The translations under genes were made by a program, and so were the position numbers. From Octopus vulgaris (taxonomy: Eukaryota): a DNA stretch of 64,000 bases. Positions 41,211 to 53,376 of this stretch are shown here, piece by piece. Numbering within the stretch: the stretch's first letter is position 1; every line of letters starts with the position of its first letter. Below the pieces are notes generated by a model. It was not told the origin of the DNA, did not search any database, and saw only the letters and a list, made by a program, of their open reading frames with translations. The stretch lies in the NCBI GenBank assembly GCA_951406725.2, contig OX597832.1, forward strand, positions 56,792,001 to 56,856,000, in the 5' to 3' direction.

Positions 41211-42168
41211 TCAACAAAGTGAAGGTAGATGTTAACACCCAGATAACCCATTAAATTTGACATCTTCTGTATCAAGAAAAATAAGAGAATTAATTAAATT
41301 TCCAACAAGTAATTAAGTAAATTCCACTCCAAAGACAACAACAACAGACATTAAGTAATCTTAACTGGTTGCCGTTATAATAAAATTGCTGTATCTATCA
41401 GAAAAACATGTTATAATATCAACTGATAAATGTTTACATAACTTCATATAATGCATTATTGTATTTTCGTATATTTAAATAATAAGTAACAATAATTTGA
41501 TTGACTTAGACAGGAAAATGTAAGACAATATGGAAAATTCATTTTGCTGTAGCTAGGTGTTGGTAGAGCTGTAAGTTTTACAAACACACTGAAATTTCTT
41601 GCAATACACATTCACACACACACACACACACACACATATATAATGGGTCGAAACTGAGTATTACCATTTTGGTTGATAACTGATAAAGAATTAGGGTCCA
41701 TCTGTGTCTTATATATACACGTTTTTTGTCTGTTGTTTATTTACAATGCATTTATATATATATAGGTTCATTCTCTGGCATAGACTATTTTCAGTTTGGC
41801 CTATGTATTACTCTTGACACCCTGAGCAAGTTCACACAATTATTAGGTTTCCCGAAGCACACTTTTCAGGAATCCAGAAGCAACATCACTCATATTAACT
41901 ATTTCTTCAGATCTGCTACCACGTACTGAGCTTTCACAAAAGTAAAAGAGAAGAAGACAGAAAAAAGGAAAATGTCCTACCTATTTGAAGACTATGGAAA
42001 AAAAACAAACATTTCATTTAATTTTTCCACAATTTAATTGTTTTCTATGCTTTACTCTAAGTTGAAAAAGTCGCAAAGACTGAAACTGGTACTGAAATGT
42101 CTTATTTTCCTTATACATGTCAACTCATGTGTTACTTTTCACCCTTCTACACACACACACATGCTCAA

Positions 42169-42211
<43 letters not shown>

Positions 42212-42350
42212 TGCATGAGAGGCTGTGTGGTAAGAAGTTTACTTCCTAACCGCATGATTCTGGATGCAGTCCCACTGCATGGCACCTTGGGCCAACCAAA
42301 TCCTTGTGAGTGGATTTGGTAGACGGAAACTGAAAGAAGCACATTGTATA

Positions 42351-42424
<74 letters not shown>

Positions 42425-42441
42425 ATGTATGTGTGTATATA

Positions 42442-42473
<32 letters not shown>

Positions 42474-42476
<3 letters not shown>

Positions 42477-42604
42477 GGTGTCCCAAAAAAATGTATACAC
42501 ATAGTGGTTCGGCAAAAGAGAACGATAGAATAAGTACTAGGCTTACAAAGAATAACAAATTTACAATTATTTAAGGTGTGTATACATTTTTTTGGGACAC
42601 CCTG
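42474..42604. mobile_element. 131-bp Tc1/mariner-type MITE enclosing a SINE fragment
   Basis: Perfect 28-bp TIRs cagggtgtcccaaaaaaatgtatacaca with TA flanks. Confidence 0.85.
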
Positions 42605-42955
42605 TATATATGTATATGTATGTATATATATGGTAGAATAAGCAGTAGGTTTAAAAAACGAAAAGCACACTGGGATCAATTCAGTAAAAGATAAAAGATA
42701 TATGTGTGTATGTGCACATGTATATATGTATGTGTATGTGTGCATGCATGTGTGCTGTATGCATGCATGTGTGCATGCGTGCATGTATGTATGTGCATGC
42801 ATGTGTGTATGTGTGTGTGCATGCTTGTATATGTATGCGTGCATATGTGTGGTGTGTGTGTGTTTTCAAAACCAGATAGGTTATTAGAGAAAATCATGTT
42901 GAAGTTTGGAGCTTTGCAGTGCGTGATATTAGTCATATTTGGTTGTTTACTACCA

Positions 42956-43004
<49 letters not shown>

Positions 43005-43011
43005 CATTATT

Positions 43012-43052
<41 letters not shown>

Positions 43053-43780
43053 TATCACTACTATTACGTTTCTTATGGATTCTTGATTATATACATGACA
43101 TATGTTGACAGTTGCAGCTGGTTGAGTTTGGAAAAATGACTGACTTGGTTTCACCGATTGAAAAGGTCAACAGTTTATAAACCAACGAACACAACCAGAC
43201 AAACAGACAGACACCCCGCCACTCCTCCCGACAAAAACCCACCACCACTCTCTAACCTTTTCTTTGTCTTTCATTACTCTCCATCTTGAAGAAGAAAAAG
43301 AAGAAGAAGAAAAAATAACCACAATAACCAGTAGTCTCAAATTAATTGATGCCACAATACTAATTTAGATTGACTGACAATTCTCAAGAATTTTCTTCTA
43401 AACTGTAATTGGTAGGTTTGGACACAGCGAAGAATTCGAATGATTCTGGCAATGCCTTTGCAGTCAAAATTTCACAGAGTCAGCCAAAAACTAGAACAAA
43501 GAGAGAGAAAGGAAAAGAGAAAGAGAGAGAGAGAGAGAAAGAGAGAGAAAAGGAGGGAGAGAGAGCGAGAGAGAGTTTAATACACACACAGAATGCATAC
43601 ACCTACCTAGAAGGTTTGTTAATCATTCTAAAATAATAGATTTAGTTGAAATCTTCTTATCAAGCTCTGGCAACCTAAACACCTGGTAAGTCTCTCAGGA
43701 AGACTACAATATAGGTTTATCAAAGAGAAATTGCTATTTTCTCCAGTTTCCTTTATGGCATCATCATCATCATCACCATC

Positions 43781-44370
43781 ACCAGGTCTGCCTGACAGGC
43801 TCCTGTGCTGGTGGTGCGTAAAAACCACCACCAAAACATGGTCGATGCCAGGTCCGTCTGACTGGCTCCTATGCCGGTGGCACATAAAAAGTACCACCCA
43901 AACGAAGTCAATGCCAGGACTGCCTGACAGGCTCTCATGCCAGTGGTATGTAAAAAGCACTATCCGAACATGGTCAATACCAGGTCCGCCTGACTGGCTC
44001 TCGTGCCAGTGGCACATAAAAAGCATCCCCCCAAACATGGTCCATGCCAGGTCCGCCTGACTGGCTCCTGTGCCGGTGGCACATAAAAAGCACCATCCAA
44101 ACATGGTCGATACGAGGTCCGCCTGACTGGCTCTCGTGCCAGTGGCATGTAAAAAGCACTATCCGAACATGGTCAATACCAGGTCTGCCTGACTGGCTCC
44201 TGTGCCGGTGGCACATAAAAAGCACCATCCAAACATGGTCGATACGAGGTCCGCCTGACTGGCTCTCGTGCCAGTGGCATGTAAAAAGCACTATCCGAAC
44301 ATGGTCAATACCAGGTCTGCCTGACTGGCTCCTGTGCCGGTGGCACATAAAAAGCACCATCCAAACATGG
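43781..44370 (+). repeat. 66-bp minisatellite (9 units, 132-bp higher-order dimer) derived from a family C internal repeat
   Basis: agg(t/a)c recurs at 43784, 43850, 43916, 43982, 44049, 44115, 44181, 44247 and 44313. Confidence 0.95.
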
Positions 44371-44879
44371 CTAATGGAACTTTATAATTCTATATTAGCC
44401 CTAACCCTTAGACTCACATGAGGCATTCTCCCCTCCTTCCTTATCTCACTCATATTATACCTCCCATTCAATCCCTACACTCAACATTTAAGACAAACCT
44501 GACCTTCCTTCAACTGCATACCTTAAGAATTTCTATAAATGCCAGTGCTTTCTCTAACTACCGTAAACAATAATCTCTATACATTTAGATATATCAACAA
44601 TACAAACCTATCCTTAATTCCTTTTTTTGAGGAAATACCAAATGGAAATACCAATAGGGCTTTGAATATAACTTTTCCTTTCTTGGAACTAATATAAGCG
44701 CAGGGGTGGCTGTGTGGTAAGAGGCTTGCTTCCCAACCTCATGGTTCCAGGTTCAGTCCCATTGTGTAACACCTTGGGTAAATGTCTTTTGCTATAGCCT
44801 AGGGCTGACCAAAACCTTGTGAGTGGATTTTGTAGCTGGAAACTGAAAGAAGCCTGTCATATATATATACATATATATA

Positions 44880-45060
44880 TAGTTAATCCAAACATGAAAG
44901 CACAAAAAAACACAACAATGCGAGGATGTGGGACAAATATAGTATTATTGGACGCTCAGGAAAGAAGGAGGGTTTACCGTTTCGAGCAGAGCTCTTCGTC
45001 AGAAACATAGGAGAAGGAAAGATCCAGAGAAGGGAAGACAGAGGAAAAAAATCACTAACA
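44880..45060 (-). mobile_element. Penelope-like pseudo-LTR fragment in (TA)n, related to P2
   Basis: Shares ac(g/a)ctcaggaa...tt(t)a-c(g/a)tttcgag with 31595-31631, contains a hammerhead motif and has TA-repeat flanks. Confidence 0.65.
44972..45006 (-). ncRNA. Minimal hammerhead ribozyme motif
   Basis: Minus strand reads gttt-CTGACGA-A-gagc(tct)gctc-GAAA-cggt-aaac. The core boxes and stem II are intact, while stem III and the cleavage site look mutated. Confidence 0.65.
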
Positions 45061-45154
45061 TATATATATACATTTATATAAATAAGGATAAGATCTTTAT
45101 TTAAATACCGATCTTATCAGGTGGCCAGCATGGGAATAAAAACCTTCAAAAGTG

Positions 45155-45205
<51 letters not shown>

Positions 45206-45446
45206 TATGAGTTAGAGGTGTTTAAAGCCTCTAAGGGATAGATGTATCCCAAGGTACACCTGGTAATTTCCTCAGTAGGTATATTCCTTGGTAAAAGGTA
45301 TATAGCAGCAGGTAATAATGCAGGTAAACTGTAGTGTAATTTATACAGACAAGAAGGAAATGGAGGAAAAATAACAAACAGAAGTGTGTCTTTTGTGCTA
45401 TTAAACCATTATTTAATTAGTAAATAAAGGTGAGAGCGAGAGTGAA

Positions 45447-45534
45447 GTTGTTTATGATCGTTTCTGTTTATCACGGTGAGGAGAATATATATTTATATCT
45501 TTGCCTTGTTACCAGTGGTAGACATCGTCAGAAC
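45447..45534 (-). ncRNA. Hammerhead-like motif with extended stem II, inside a TA-flanked ~400-bp element (45203-45598)
   Basis: Minus strand reads CTGACGA-tgtctaccactggt...accgtgataaaca-GAAA-cga-TC. Stem I is weak. Confidence 0.45.
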
Positions 45535-45691
45535 GAAGAAGTTAGAGGTAGAGAGAAGAAGAGCAAAAGATTGAGGGTTACATTGGAAAAGAGAAGATAT
45601 ATATATATATTACAAATATATATATATTATACATATTACAAATATATATATATATATGTATATATATTACAAATATATATATATATATATA

Positions 45692-45956
45692 GTCGTTGCC
45701 AGTGCCGCTGGACTGGCCCCTGTGCAGGTGGTACATAAAAAACACCACTTGAGCGTAGCCATTGCCAGTACTGCCTGACTGGCCCTCATACCGGTTACAC
45801 TCTCGGAGTGGTTGGTGTTAGGTAGGGCATCCAGCTGTAGGATCTCCGCCAGATCAGATTGGAGCCTGGTGCAGCCATCTGGTTCGCCAGTCCTCAGTCA
45901 AATCTTCCAACCCATGCTAGCATGGAAAGTGAACGTTAAACACTGATGATGATGAT
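45692..45956 (+). mobile_element. Family C retroposon
   Basis: Very similar to 10975-11256. Confidence 0.88.
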
Positions 45957-46531
45957 ATATATTACAAATATGATTTGCAAAATCCATGGATTTTAAGGGG
46001 AATATCAAATACATGTGTTCATTTCTTCAGGTATGTGTTCATTCCATTATGATGATGATGAGGATGATGATGATGCTGGCATGGGTTGGATGGTTCAACA
46101 GAGGAGCTGGCAAGCAAGAGACCTGGCAAGCTGGAGAGCAGCATCAAGTTCCAATGGTCTTTTTTGGGATGATTTCTATGGCTGGATGCCCTTCCCAATA
46201 CCCATTACTTTATAGAACATAGTGCTTTTATGTGGCAGCAACACAGGTGCTTTTTATGTGGAACTAGCACAGGTGCTAATTACAGGGCACCAGCACTGGT
46301 TCTTTTGGTGTGGCACCATTGATGTCAAGAATTTATAAACTCTTGTAGTTCTTGAAGGTACATATAAAGTTATATACAACAACAAATAAATATTGGAATG
46401 TAAAACTCTTTTGGACAGAAAAAGTTGAAGGCTGCACATGGAACTGAAACCTACATCTCTCATAGACATGACAGGCATTCTATCACTGGACCAATATTTA
46501 TATGCTATTATTTATAATAGTCGTTCTCAAC

Positions 46532-46981
46532 TGGGAAACATTAAGGGCCATTCTAAGCATCCTTGTATAACAACCATCCAACTGCTTCTTCAATGCTTTA
46601 GTGAGCATCCATGTTTCAGCCCCGTATAGAAGAACAGGCTCCACTGTTCCCAGAAACAACCCCTCTTTTAATTTCCTGGCTAACTTTGAACTCTAGACCT
46701 TTCTCAATTTATGGCATGCACTCCAGGCAAGGGCTTTCCTTGCTACAATATCTTTTTCAGTACTTTGTGTCCAGGCACCAAGGTATTTGAAATTTTCATC
46801 TACCTTCAGTGACTTACCATCTCTCTCTTTCACTGACACAAGCATTTCGTGGTTAAATACTTGCAGTTCTGTTTTCTTTGTGTTACGGTACAGTCCTACC
46901 TTCCCTGATTCCTGCTAAAATCTGCTCAGCACCTTCTGTACCTGATCTGACCTCTCTGTTAGTAATGCTAGATCATCAGCA
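46532..46981 (-). pseudogene. RTE-clade LINE reverse transcriptase fragment (inverted 5' segment)
   Basis: ADDLALL...VGLYRNTKKTE...ENFKYLGAW...LLYGAETWMLTKALKKQLDGCYTRMLRMALNVS, with two in-frame stops. Confidence 0.92.
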
Positions 46982-46984
46982 TTA

Positions 46985-47270
46985 CAGAAAAGTCACCCAA
47001 CAAACGCCGACTTATACCAGGGACTACCGAAAGTAACATTGAAGGTACAGCATAGAAGGATGAGGTCAGCTGGACACTGCATCAGACACACCGATAAAAT
47101 TGTCAGTAAGCGCAGGAGTGGCTGTATGGTAAGTAGCTTGCTAACCAACCACATGGTTCCGGGTTCAGTCCCACTGCGTGGCATCTTGGGCAAGTGTCTT
47201 CTGCTATAGCCCCGGGCCGACCAATGCCTTGTGAGTGGATTTGGTTGATGGAAACTGAAAGAAGCCTGTC

Positions 47271-47306
<36 letters not shown>

Positions 47307-47682
47307 TGGTGTGTTTACGTCCCCGTCACTTAGCGGTTTGGCAAAAGAGACCGATAGAATAAGTACTGGGCTTCCAAATAATAAGTCCTGGGGTCAATGT
47401 GCTCGACTAAAGGCGGTGCTCCAGCATGGCCACAGTCAAATGACTGAAACAAGTAAAAGAGTAAAGAGTAAAGAGAGTAAGCTAGTGTTCTGGCAGCCAA
47501 TGAAAGGAAGAACCAGGACAGGAAGGAGAAAAATGAACTATATCAACAACTTGCTGGAGGATACTGGAATGGAAGGGATACAGGAGCTGAGGACCATTAT
47601 GGAAGATCGAGATGAGTGGGGAAAGCATGTGGAAACAGTCTTGAAGTGTCCTGAGGGATGACCTAGATAGACATAGATAGAT
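46985..47682 (+). pseudogene. RTE-clade LINE C-terminus and tail (forward 3' segment), interrupted by a SINE
   Basis: KSHPTNADLYQGLPKV...RRMRSAGHCIRH...VSK | LVFWQPMKGRTRTGRRKMNY...MEDRDEW, followed by a (TAGA)n-like tail. Confidence 0.9.
47111..47475 (+). mobile_element. SINE family A inserted in the LINE
   Basis: agtaagc is duplicated at 47105-47111 and 47476-47482, and the LINE frame rejoins across the insertion. Confidence 0.93.
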
Positions 47683-47980
47683 GTTCTCAACCATTTTTCA
47701 TCTATAAACATTTTTGGTTCCCATTTTACTCGAGTGGACCCCATAACCATTTGATGCTGAAAAAAATCCTATTATATTTTCATAATTACATATTCTTAGG
47801 AATTGTATAAAAGAAATTTGATTAAAATATTTTTGTGTATTGTAAATGTATGACCTGTTTATTGTAGATGAGTTTTTAACAAGAAAATCTTATACAGACA
47901 CCCACGGGCCATATAGACCCTGGTTTAGAACCATTGATGTATAGCTTTATATGTTCTCTGAGAACCAATTCCAAAACAGA

Positions 47981-48035
<55 letters not shown>

Positions 48036-48131
48036 ATGCAATGTCAACAAGAATTAAAACTCACACAGATCAATGTGAAAAAGTAAGGCATTTATTCATT
48101 GCTTCCAGTACACAACACTTGAGAATGTGTT

Positions 48132-48213
<82 letters not shown>

Positions 48214-48215
<2 letters not shown>

Positions 48216-48325
48216 AGTAGTGTTTAACACTACCTAAACACAGGTGTTCCTTAGGAACTAATGGTACTGCTATTTTAATCCCAGGAGGATACCTCCTCTA
48301 GCTGGTTTATATATGTATATATATG

Positions 48326-48383
<58 letters not shown>

Positions 48384-48503
48384 AATGGAGTGAGACAAAA
48401 AGAAAGAGAGAAGTAGTGTTTAACACCACCTAAACACAGGTTTTCCCTAGGTACTGACGATACTGCTATTTTAACCCCAGGAGGATACCTCCACTAGCTG
48501 GTT
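48214..48503. repeat. Tandem duplication of a ~93-bp element separated by (TA)n(GA)n
   Basis: aagtagtgtttaacac...gctggtt occurs at 48214-48307 and 48411-48503. Confidence 0.85.
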
Positions 48504-48963
48504 ATGTATATACACATACACACACACACATAAAGATAGATCGATAAAGATAGAATTATTTAATATGAATACATTGATGTTTGTATGCATTTATATAAAT
48601 ACATCTACATGCACACACACACACACACACTTTATCCTGTCCCACAATCACACACATACACGCAGTTAGACATAGATATACACAGCTATACACAACTGCA
48701 GCAAGCTTCTTAAAACAAGAAGCCGTGTGCCACGTTATCAGCTGATTGTGTACCGCCCCCTCCCCCACCTTCCACCCCACCCACCCTACTACGTCACAAC
48801 ACCAGAGTTTCTTCAGAGGTTATTGCACACACAAGTATATAACTACATATCTATATATTTATATCTATCTATCTATCTATCTATCCATATATATATATAT
48901 ATGTATATATATATATGTATATATATATGTATATATATATGTATATATATATGCATATATATG

Positions 48964-49015
<52 letters not shown>

Positions 49016-50134
49016 GATATAGATATATATATATACACGTACACACACACATATATATACATATATATATTGAAGAAGTCTGCTTAGAACTAAGTAATTA
49101 CTCTTCAAGAATTATATGCAATTTTGCTATTGCATCAATGCTCTTGTCTAATTGGTAAGTGAGGAAGTAGAACAAACCTTCTGCACATGATGAGAAAAAT
49201 AATTCCATTAGCAAGATTAATGGTAAAAATATAGAAACAATCAAATTGAAAGTCTTTGATTTATAATTAGGAAGAAACAACAAAATCTTATATACACACA
49301 CACATATTCATACACAAACATGTGTGTAGATATGCATACGTACATACATAGTGATATGTGTATGCATATTTATGAAATATATATAAATATACATTTGTAT
49401 GCACACATAATTAAATATGGATATGTGTGTGTGTGTGTGTGTGTATTATCATCATTATCGTCTAACGTCCATTTTCCATGCTGGCATGGGTTGGACGGTT
49501 TCACTGGGGTCTGGGAAGCCAGGAGGCTGCACCAGGCCCCAGTCTGTTCTGGCAGTGTTTCTACAACTGGATGCCCTTCGTAACACCAACCACACCAAGT
49601 GTGTAGTGGGTACTTTTTATGTGGCACCGGTACAGGGGCCAGAGGAACTGGCTACAACCACAATCGGATGGTGCTTTTTACGTGCCACCGGAATGGAAAC
49701 CAGTCATATATATATGCATACATACATATGTATGCAATATACATGCACACACACAGAGGCACACACAAGTATACATACATATATACATAGAAATATATGT
49801 ACACATATAATAAATCAAATATACTTATATATATGCATGCACACATACATACACTCACATACACACATATACATGCACACACATACACACATATATACAC
49901 ATACATACACACAAAACAGGTTAACCTTTTTAGTTTCTGTCTACCAGATTCACTTGCAAAGTTTTGGTCAGCCTGGTGCAATTGCAGATGGTGCCTGTTC
50001 AAGGTGACATGCAGTGAGAGGGAAACCAAAACCACACACTACAATTGTTTCATAGCTGAAACAATGTTGGTTACATAATTTGTATCATGCATAAAACCTG
50101 CTTAGCTTATCTTCAGGTTCTATTGCTTTTAAGC

Positions 50135-50315
50135 TAAAGATTATTTGCCAATATAACATGGCAGTCCTGGTTTAGGATGAATATTGCTATAATTTAGCCC
50201 CATGAGACATCGTTTCCAGCTGGTTATACAACATGATCTGTGTCCTTATATTTTCGAACAAGGGCATTCAACACCCCTTTTAAGACTGCCATGTTATGCT
50301 GGCAAATAATCTTTA
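50135..50315. mobile_element. Fold-back element with 32-bp arms
   Basis: taaagattatttgcca(at/gc)ataacatggcagtc arms match at 30 of 32 positions. The interior shares a motif with 48214-48503. Confidence 0.6.
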
Positions 50316-50631
50316 TTCTAGAGTACTGTTGCTGAATATCTCTCGAGAGATCTACAAATAGCAATTTTCTACTTTTATGCTGTTTACTTTGTCACATGGA
50401 GATGTTAAAAAAACAAAAAAAGCCTCATTTTTTTCTTTGCTCCCATTGGGTTGGAAGAGATTTCTATAGCCACCAGCCTTTCCTGCTGCCAATATTGACA
50501 TATTTTCCAGTAAAGTTCTTTACTGCATGTCTTTTCACATTGAAACAGTGATGGACATTTTTTTTTACTGCAGATATAAACAACATCAGTACTGAAGTGA
50601 TGGCAAGCAAAGACAAAGATACATACATATA

Positions 50632-50848
50632 CGAGGGGACGGTGAAAAATTCTTGGCTTTAAGGGTATCGTGAAAAGCTTGGCTGGAGGCCCAATGTTCG
50701 GAGTTCTTTTACAGAGCTTAGAAAAACTGAAAGACCACTGCAATAAGTGTGTGAATCTGAGATGGAAGTAAGTTGAACCAAATCATAATTAACTGATCCT
50801 CCTATGTCTTCTTTTACCCAAAGCCAGGAATTTTTCAGCACCCATTTG
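50632..50848 (+). mobile_element. Mariner-derived MITE, copy 1
   Basis: TIRs cgagggg..tgaaaa.ttcttggcttt and aaagccaggaatttttcagcaccc, with TA flanks. Confidence 0.85.
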
Positions 50849-50876
50849 TATATTATATTATATATATAATACATGT

Positions 50877-51170
50877 GGAGGCGCAATGGCCCAGTGGTTA
50901 GGGCAGCGGACTCGTGGTCATAGGATCGCGGTTTTGATTCCCAGACCGGGCGTTGTGAGTGTTTATTGAGCGAAAACACCTAAAAGCCCCACGAGGCTCC
51001 GGCAGGAGGTGGTGATCCCTGCTGTACTCTTTCACCACTCTTTCTTCTGTTGGCCTGCTCGCTTAGCCAGCGGGGTGGCGTAATTCGAAGGCTAAAAACA
51101 ATGCAAACGCATTGTGACCAGCGATGTGTAACAACGTCTGATGGTGTGGTCGGTCACGTGATCACGTGAT
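50877..51170 (+). mobile_element. Near-intact tRNA(Arg)-like SINE (family F) in TA-rich sequence
   Basis: A box tggcccagtgg (50887-50897), TCG anticodon-like loop, B box ggttttgattcc (50930-50941) and 3' end cacgtgatcacgtga. Homologues lie at 56743-56862 and 13878-14132. Confidence 0.88.
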
Positions 51171-51182
51171 ATATAATACATA

Positions 51183-51399
51183 TGAGGGAGTGTTGAAAAG
51201 TTCTTGGCTTTAAGGGTATCATGAAAGGCCTGGTTGGAAGCCCAAACTTCTGAGTTCTTTTACAGAGCTTAGAAAAACTGAAGGACCACTGCAATAAGTG
51301 TGTGAATCTGAGAGGGGAGTATATTGAGTAAAATCATCATTAACTGATCCTCTTGGGTCTTCTTTTACACAAAGCCAGAAACTTTTCAGCACCCCCTCG
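51183..51399 (+). mobile_element. Mariner-derived MITE, copy 2
   Basis: Direct repeat of 50632-50848. It encodes a mariner-like C-terminus LRKLKDHCNKCVNLRGEYIE*. Confidence 0.87.
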
Positions 51400-51604
51400 T
51401 ATACTTACACATACGTATATGTTGAGATATTAAGGGCTTCCATATAGTTTCCTTCTACAAATTTCACTGGCGAGGCATTGGTCACACCAAGGATATAGTA
51501 AAAGACATTTGCCTAAGATAGCATATAGTGGGATTGAACCTGAAACCATGTGGTTGTAAGTGGAACCTCTTTACCACACAGCCACACCTACTTCTATTCT
51601 TTTT

Positions 51605-51981
51605 CTTTACTCTTTTACTTGTTTCAGTCATTTGACAGTGGCCATGAAGGAGCACCGCCTTTAGTCAAACAAATCGATCCCAGGATTTATTCTTTGTAAG
51701 CCCAGTACTTGTTCTATCAGTATCTTTTGCTGAACTATCAAGTTACAGGGACGTAAACACACCAACATCACTTGTCAAGCAATGGTGGTGGACAAACACA
51801 GACACACACACACACATATATGACGGGCTTCTTTCAGTTTCTATCTACCAAATCCATTCACAAGGCTTTGGTCGGCCTGAAGCCATAGTAGAAGACACTT
51901 GCCCAAGGTGCCATGCAGTGGGACTGAACCCGGAGCCATGAGGTTGGTAAACAAGCTACTTACCACACAACCACTTCTGCT
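51605..51981 (-). mobile_element. SINE family A
   Basis: Matches 24405-24826 in reverse. Confidence 0.9.
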
Positions 51982-52807
51982 TAATTTTTTTGTATGCAAA
52001 AACTTAGCTCAGTTGAATCAGTCCTAGAATATTACTGGTACTCGTGTCAATGTTGTTAGTCATCATTGCAAGAATTTTAACACTAATACAAATAGAATTT
52101 GATCTTAGAACAGCCATCACAATCGCTTTTGAAGACAGGTATCTTCAGCTCTAGACTTTCTAAGCTGCTTGCCTGCTTAATTCCTTAATTAGGCTAGACA
52201 ATGATTATAAATTAGCGTTAGCATATTTCATGTAAGAATGAATTTATAAGCTAATTAGAATTAATTATGCAATGAGATAAAAAAAGAAATGAAATAAAAT
52301 CATTGACTAATTATATTTTGTTTTTAGTTTGACCTCAGCAGTGATGTATTGCCTTCAGCATCCAATCTGGAATGGTTGAGGAAGGAATAACTGAGTAAGC
52401 ATTATTAGTACAAGTCTGCGTAGATTGGATGGCGTTGAAAATAGAATTGTTTAAAGAATAAATAACTCAAAGATACTTCAAGACAACAATTGAATTAGTG
52501 TTCATATATTCAAAGCACGGAGCATTGAAATGCTGATTAAAAGTAATTACATGGTAAGGAATTATAGAAATATATACCGTTGCTATGCTACAAAAGTGTT
52601 GTAAGTCTTTTTCAGAAAACATAAAAAATAGTTTTACCATTCCATAGCAAAACTGCTGTAATTACACTTTGACAATTTTTGATATCTTGGTATCTGAAGC
52701 AGCTGGAGATATGATTGTTGACCAAATCAACCGGCTATTGCAAGTAAAAATAAATATGTATTTGGCCAATTTGGACATACAATAGTTTAACATAATAGCA
52801 ATGATCT

Positions 52808-52839
<32 letters not shown>

Positions 52840-52978
52840 CTTTATAATTTACTAAGATAATTTATTTACTTTATAAATTTACCGTGAAATGGTCCTTTTT
52901 CATGCCGAATTCTACTTGGTGAAATTATTGATTACTTCTTAATTAATTTTACCCTTTGTTATTATTGATATATATATA

Positions 52979-53015
<37 letters not shown>

Positions 53016-53017
<2 letters not shown>

Positions 53018-53316
53018 GAGCAAAATGCCCCCCCTCCCCGTCCAATGGACGGTGCTGAGTTGTCAAACATTTAAACCAAATTTTCTCAAAACAACTTGTC
53101 CGACCGTCATACAGGCCTCCCCTTTGAGAAACACTAATTTAACCTAAATTTGGGACACCATGCATTTTTCTCTCATACACGTAGTATCAATCGCAACAGC
53201 TGATGTACTTGCGCATACAAATGCACGTTCACACGGCTTTATCGATCGCATTCTCACCTGCAATCGGCTGGCGGATGCCCGAGATCCTAGAAGACAGACA
53301 GAATGGATTTTATATA
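53016..53316 (-). mobile_element. Probable non-autonomous Helitron
   Basis: The minus strand starts tatataaaatccattctgtctgtc and ends with a GC hairpin ccgtccattggacgg about 17 nt before ctcg-t (CTAG-like). No TIR or TSD is visible, and it sits in (TA)n. Confidence 0.55.
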
Positions 53317-53334
53317 ATATATATATATATATAT

Positions 53335-53376
<42 letters not shown>

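Larger units (their letters stand above)
46518..47936. mobile_element. hAT MITE split by a LINE insertion
   Basis: Left TIR tagtcgttctcaac at 46518, body resuming at 47683, right TIR gtttagaaccattg. The flanks atttataa and atgtatag match at 6 of 8 positions. Confidence 0.6.

Noticed and set aside
43628-44421. Repetitive ORFs and CRISPR-like periodicity
   Set aside because: The units are fully repeated with no unique spacers and no cas genes, and they derive from a retroposon.
47194-47661. 155-aa ORF as a gene
   Set aside because: Chance fusion of SINE sequence and LINE C-terminus.
49110-49160. Possible small exon ending at ttg/gtaagt
   Set aside because: Weak acceptor, and no recognisable peptide.
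50877-50950. tRNA-Arg gene
   Set aside because: The acceptor stem is incomplete and it continues into a repeated SINE body.
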